A DNA stretch of 64,000 nt from Marsupella aquatica (Eukaryota > Plantae > Marchantiophyta): the NCBI GenBank assembly GCA_973895155.1, contig OZ316898.1, positions 3,100,480 to 3,164,479 of the forward strand, in the 5' to 3' direction. Every line of letters begins with the position of its first letter. Position 1 is the first letter of the stretch. Below are positions 62,487 through 64,000 of this stretch, piece after piece. The notes below the pieces were generated by a model. It was not told where the DNA came from. It saw nothing but the letters and a program-made list of their open reading frames with translations, and ran no database searches. A program made the translations under genes and the position numbers.

Positions 62487-63304
62487 CTGTACTTGAGATG
62501 TTTTCCAAGTGCGAGCTTATCGAATTCAGTTGGGACTTCGTAATGTTGAGCTTTGGAGTCCTCGGTATTCACCGCGATGGGCATCTCCTTCAACGCTGCC
62601 AGAAATGAAATAACAGGGCAGAACCCTTCGCATCAACTCGCTTCATTCAGCCACACACTAAGATATGTTGTTGACCCGTAACACCAATTCAGTGAATCCA
62701 CGGACGTAGAAGGGTTGAATCATCTCTTTCTTTTGAACTCTCTGCTGAGACTCTGTCCTGTCGCAAAGCACATTTCTGCTTTTCCCATTCTACTTACCTC
62801 TTTCTTAGACGACCTTCGCCAACTGGACGGAACAGTTTTTGTGGGCTTTGGAAGAAAAAGGACTAGATTAAAGGGAACATGGCAGGACAGGGGAACAGAG
62901 TGGAGGAAAGAGCTGACCATAACTATCAATTTCGACGACGAACATTTGCCTGAGCTTTATTCTTAAAGATTTTTCGACCACATCACTTATCTAGGGATGC
63001 TACCAATAACAGAATGCATCAAAGAACGGATTCTTCATTTGTTCACTTGAAAGTACGTTTTGGAAGCCTGCACAAACACACATCTAAATCTACTGGATGC
63101 TCACAGACATTGGGCGAATTGCAAGAGGTCTTGGAGCTGCTTCTCTCCAGTGGGCTGCGTGAGCTCCGTCAGCCGAGACGCGAGCAGCTGCCGGGTGCCG
63201 AGCCGAATCAGCCAGTCTGGGAGTACATTTGTGTACAGAGCTCGCATTCCCATTCGTGCCGCATATTCGGGGGACGCTGCCACTATGGACTTCGACGAGC
63301 CCAT
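62487..63304 (-). CDS. First two exons (63304-63109, 62595-62487) of a coclaurine N-methyltransferase-like (CMAS family) gene; SAM-binding exons absent
   Basis: NVLPDWLIRLGTRQLLASRL...EKQLQDLLQFAQ|SLKEMPIAVNTEDSKAQHYEVPTEFDKLALGKHLKY matches the N-terminus of plant CNMT-like proteins (At4g33110 type). Confidence 0.87.
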
Positions 63305-64000
63305 TCTCTCGGATTGAATTGAACTATCCTCCACTCCACTCCAGTGGAACCCAACTCGATCGCACTTCAAGCTGGTAGAAAGGCTGATCGATCAGAATTC
63401 CACCCAGGAAGAAGAACTGCAGGAGGTGGAGAATTCAAGTCTGCATTGTTTCTTCGAGTGGGTTTATCGTGTGCTGAGGGTCATCTGGGCTCAAGACTGT
63501 CTGCTTGCTTGCAGCAACGGCAGTGTGCTGCTGCTCCTTCGTTTCCTGAACTGTATTCGAAGAAAACAGACATTCAGCTCAAGATCGGAGTTCCTTCCTA
63601 TCCTCAAACTACATTCGAAGAGAAACACACAGTCACCTTGAGCTCCTCACAACTACATTCGAAGAGGTTTGACACATCAACTCGAGCTTCTTACAACTAC
63701 ATTTGAAGAGGAACACACATACACTCTAGATTGGAGCCTCTAGACGAGAGGAGTGATGAGAGGTGGTAAGTATGGAATCCAGTATGGAATCCAATATGTT
63801 GGAGTGAGTTTCCAGCCACAAATGAGATGTAGTAAAGCACATTTGTTAGGTAGTAAAGTTGGGCGCAAAACACTATTTTAAGGGCCAATGTTTAGGGTTT
63901 AGAAAAAATAAATGCCTCCCTCTATTTTGGAGGCTAACCTATATTTCCACTTAACAGAACAAGAAGCTCTGTCATTCATTGGAATGGGAACACATTTACC

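Noticed and set aside
1-64000. tRNA, rRNA, snRNA or conserved miRNA genes
   Set aside because: None recognised by eye; tRNAscan-SE and Infernal would be needed to exclude them.

Overview
Eukaryotic plant genomic DNA with GT-AG introns, gene-dense and repeat-laden. The source is probably a non-seed land plant (inference from a DM10-type NME7, typical of flagellated-sperm lineages, and a DYW-type PPR relic). Genes identified: the 3' exon of panB, a PPR E-DYW pseudogene, HDDC2, mitochondrial ATP synthase subunit f, NME7, a secreted anchored Cys-rich protein, a plastid LETM1-like protein, a VIR3-like HEAGH metalloprotease, a phytocystatin, HVA22, a DUF1218 protein, a CYP71-clan P450 and dihydroneopterin aldolase. 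Repeats include 60-bp and 76-bp tandem arrays, two copies of a long-TIR element, nested LTR-like elements and decayed non-LTR relics. Three top leads: (1) a 4.3-kb TG...CA element with a target-site duplication, nested in a small solo LTR, that looks like one giant LTR carrying a ~1120-codon gene in U3; (2) an in-frame spliced chimera of two coclaurine N-methyltransferase-like exons with dihydroneopterin aldolase; (3) a Frizzled-CRD-like anchored surface protein next to NME7. All family calls are from motif recognition by eye; no searches were run.
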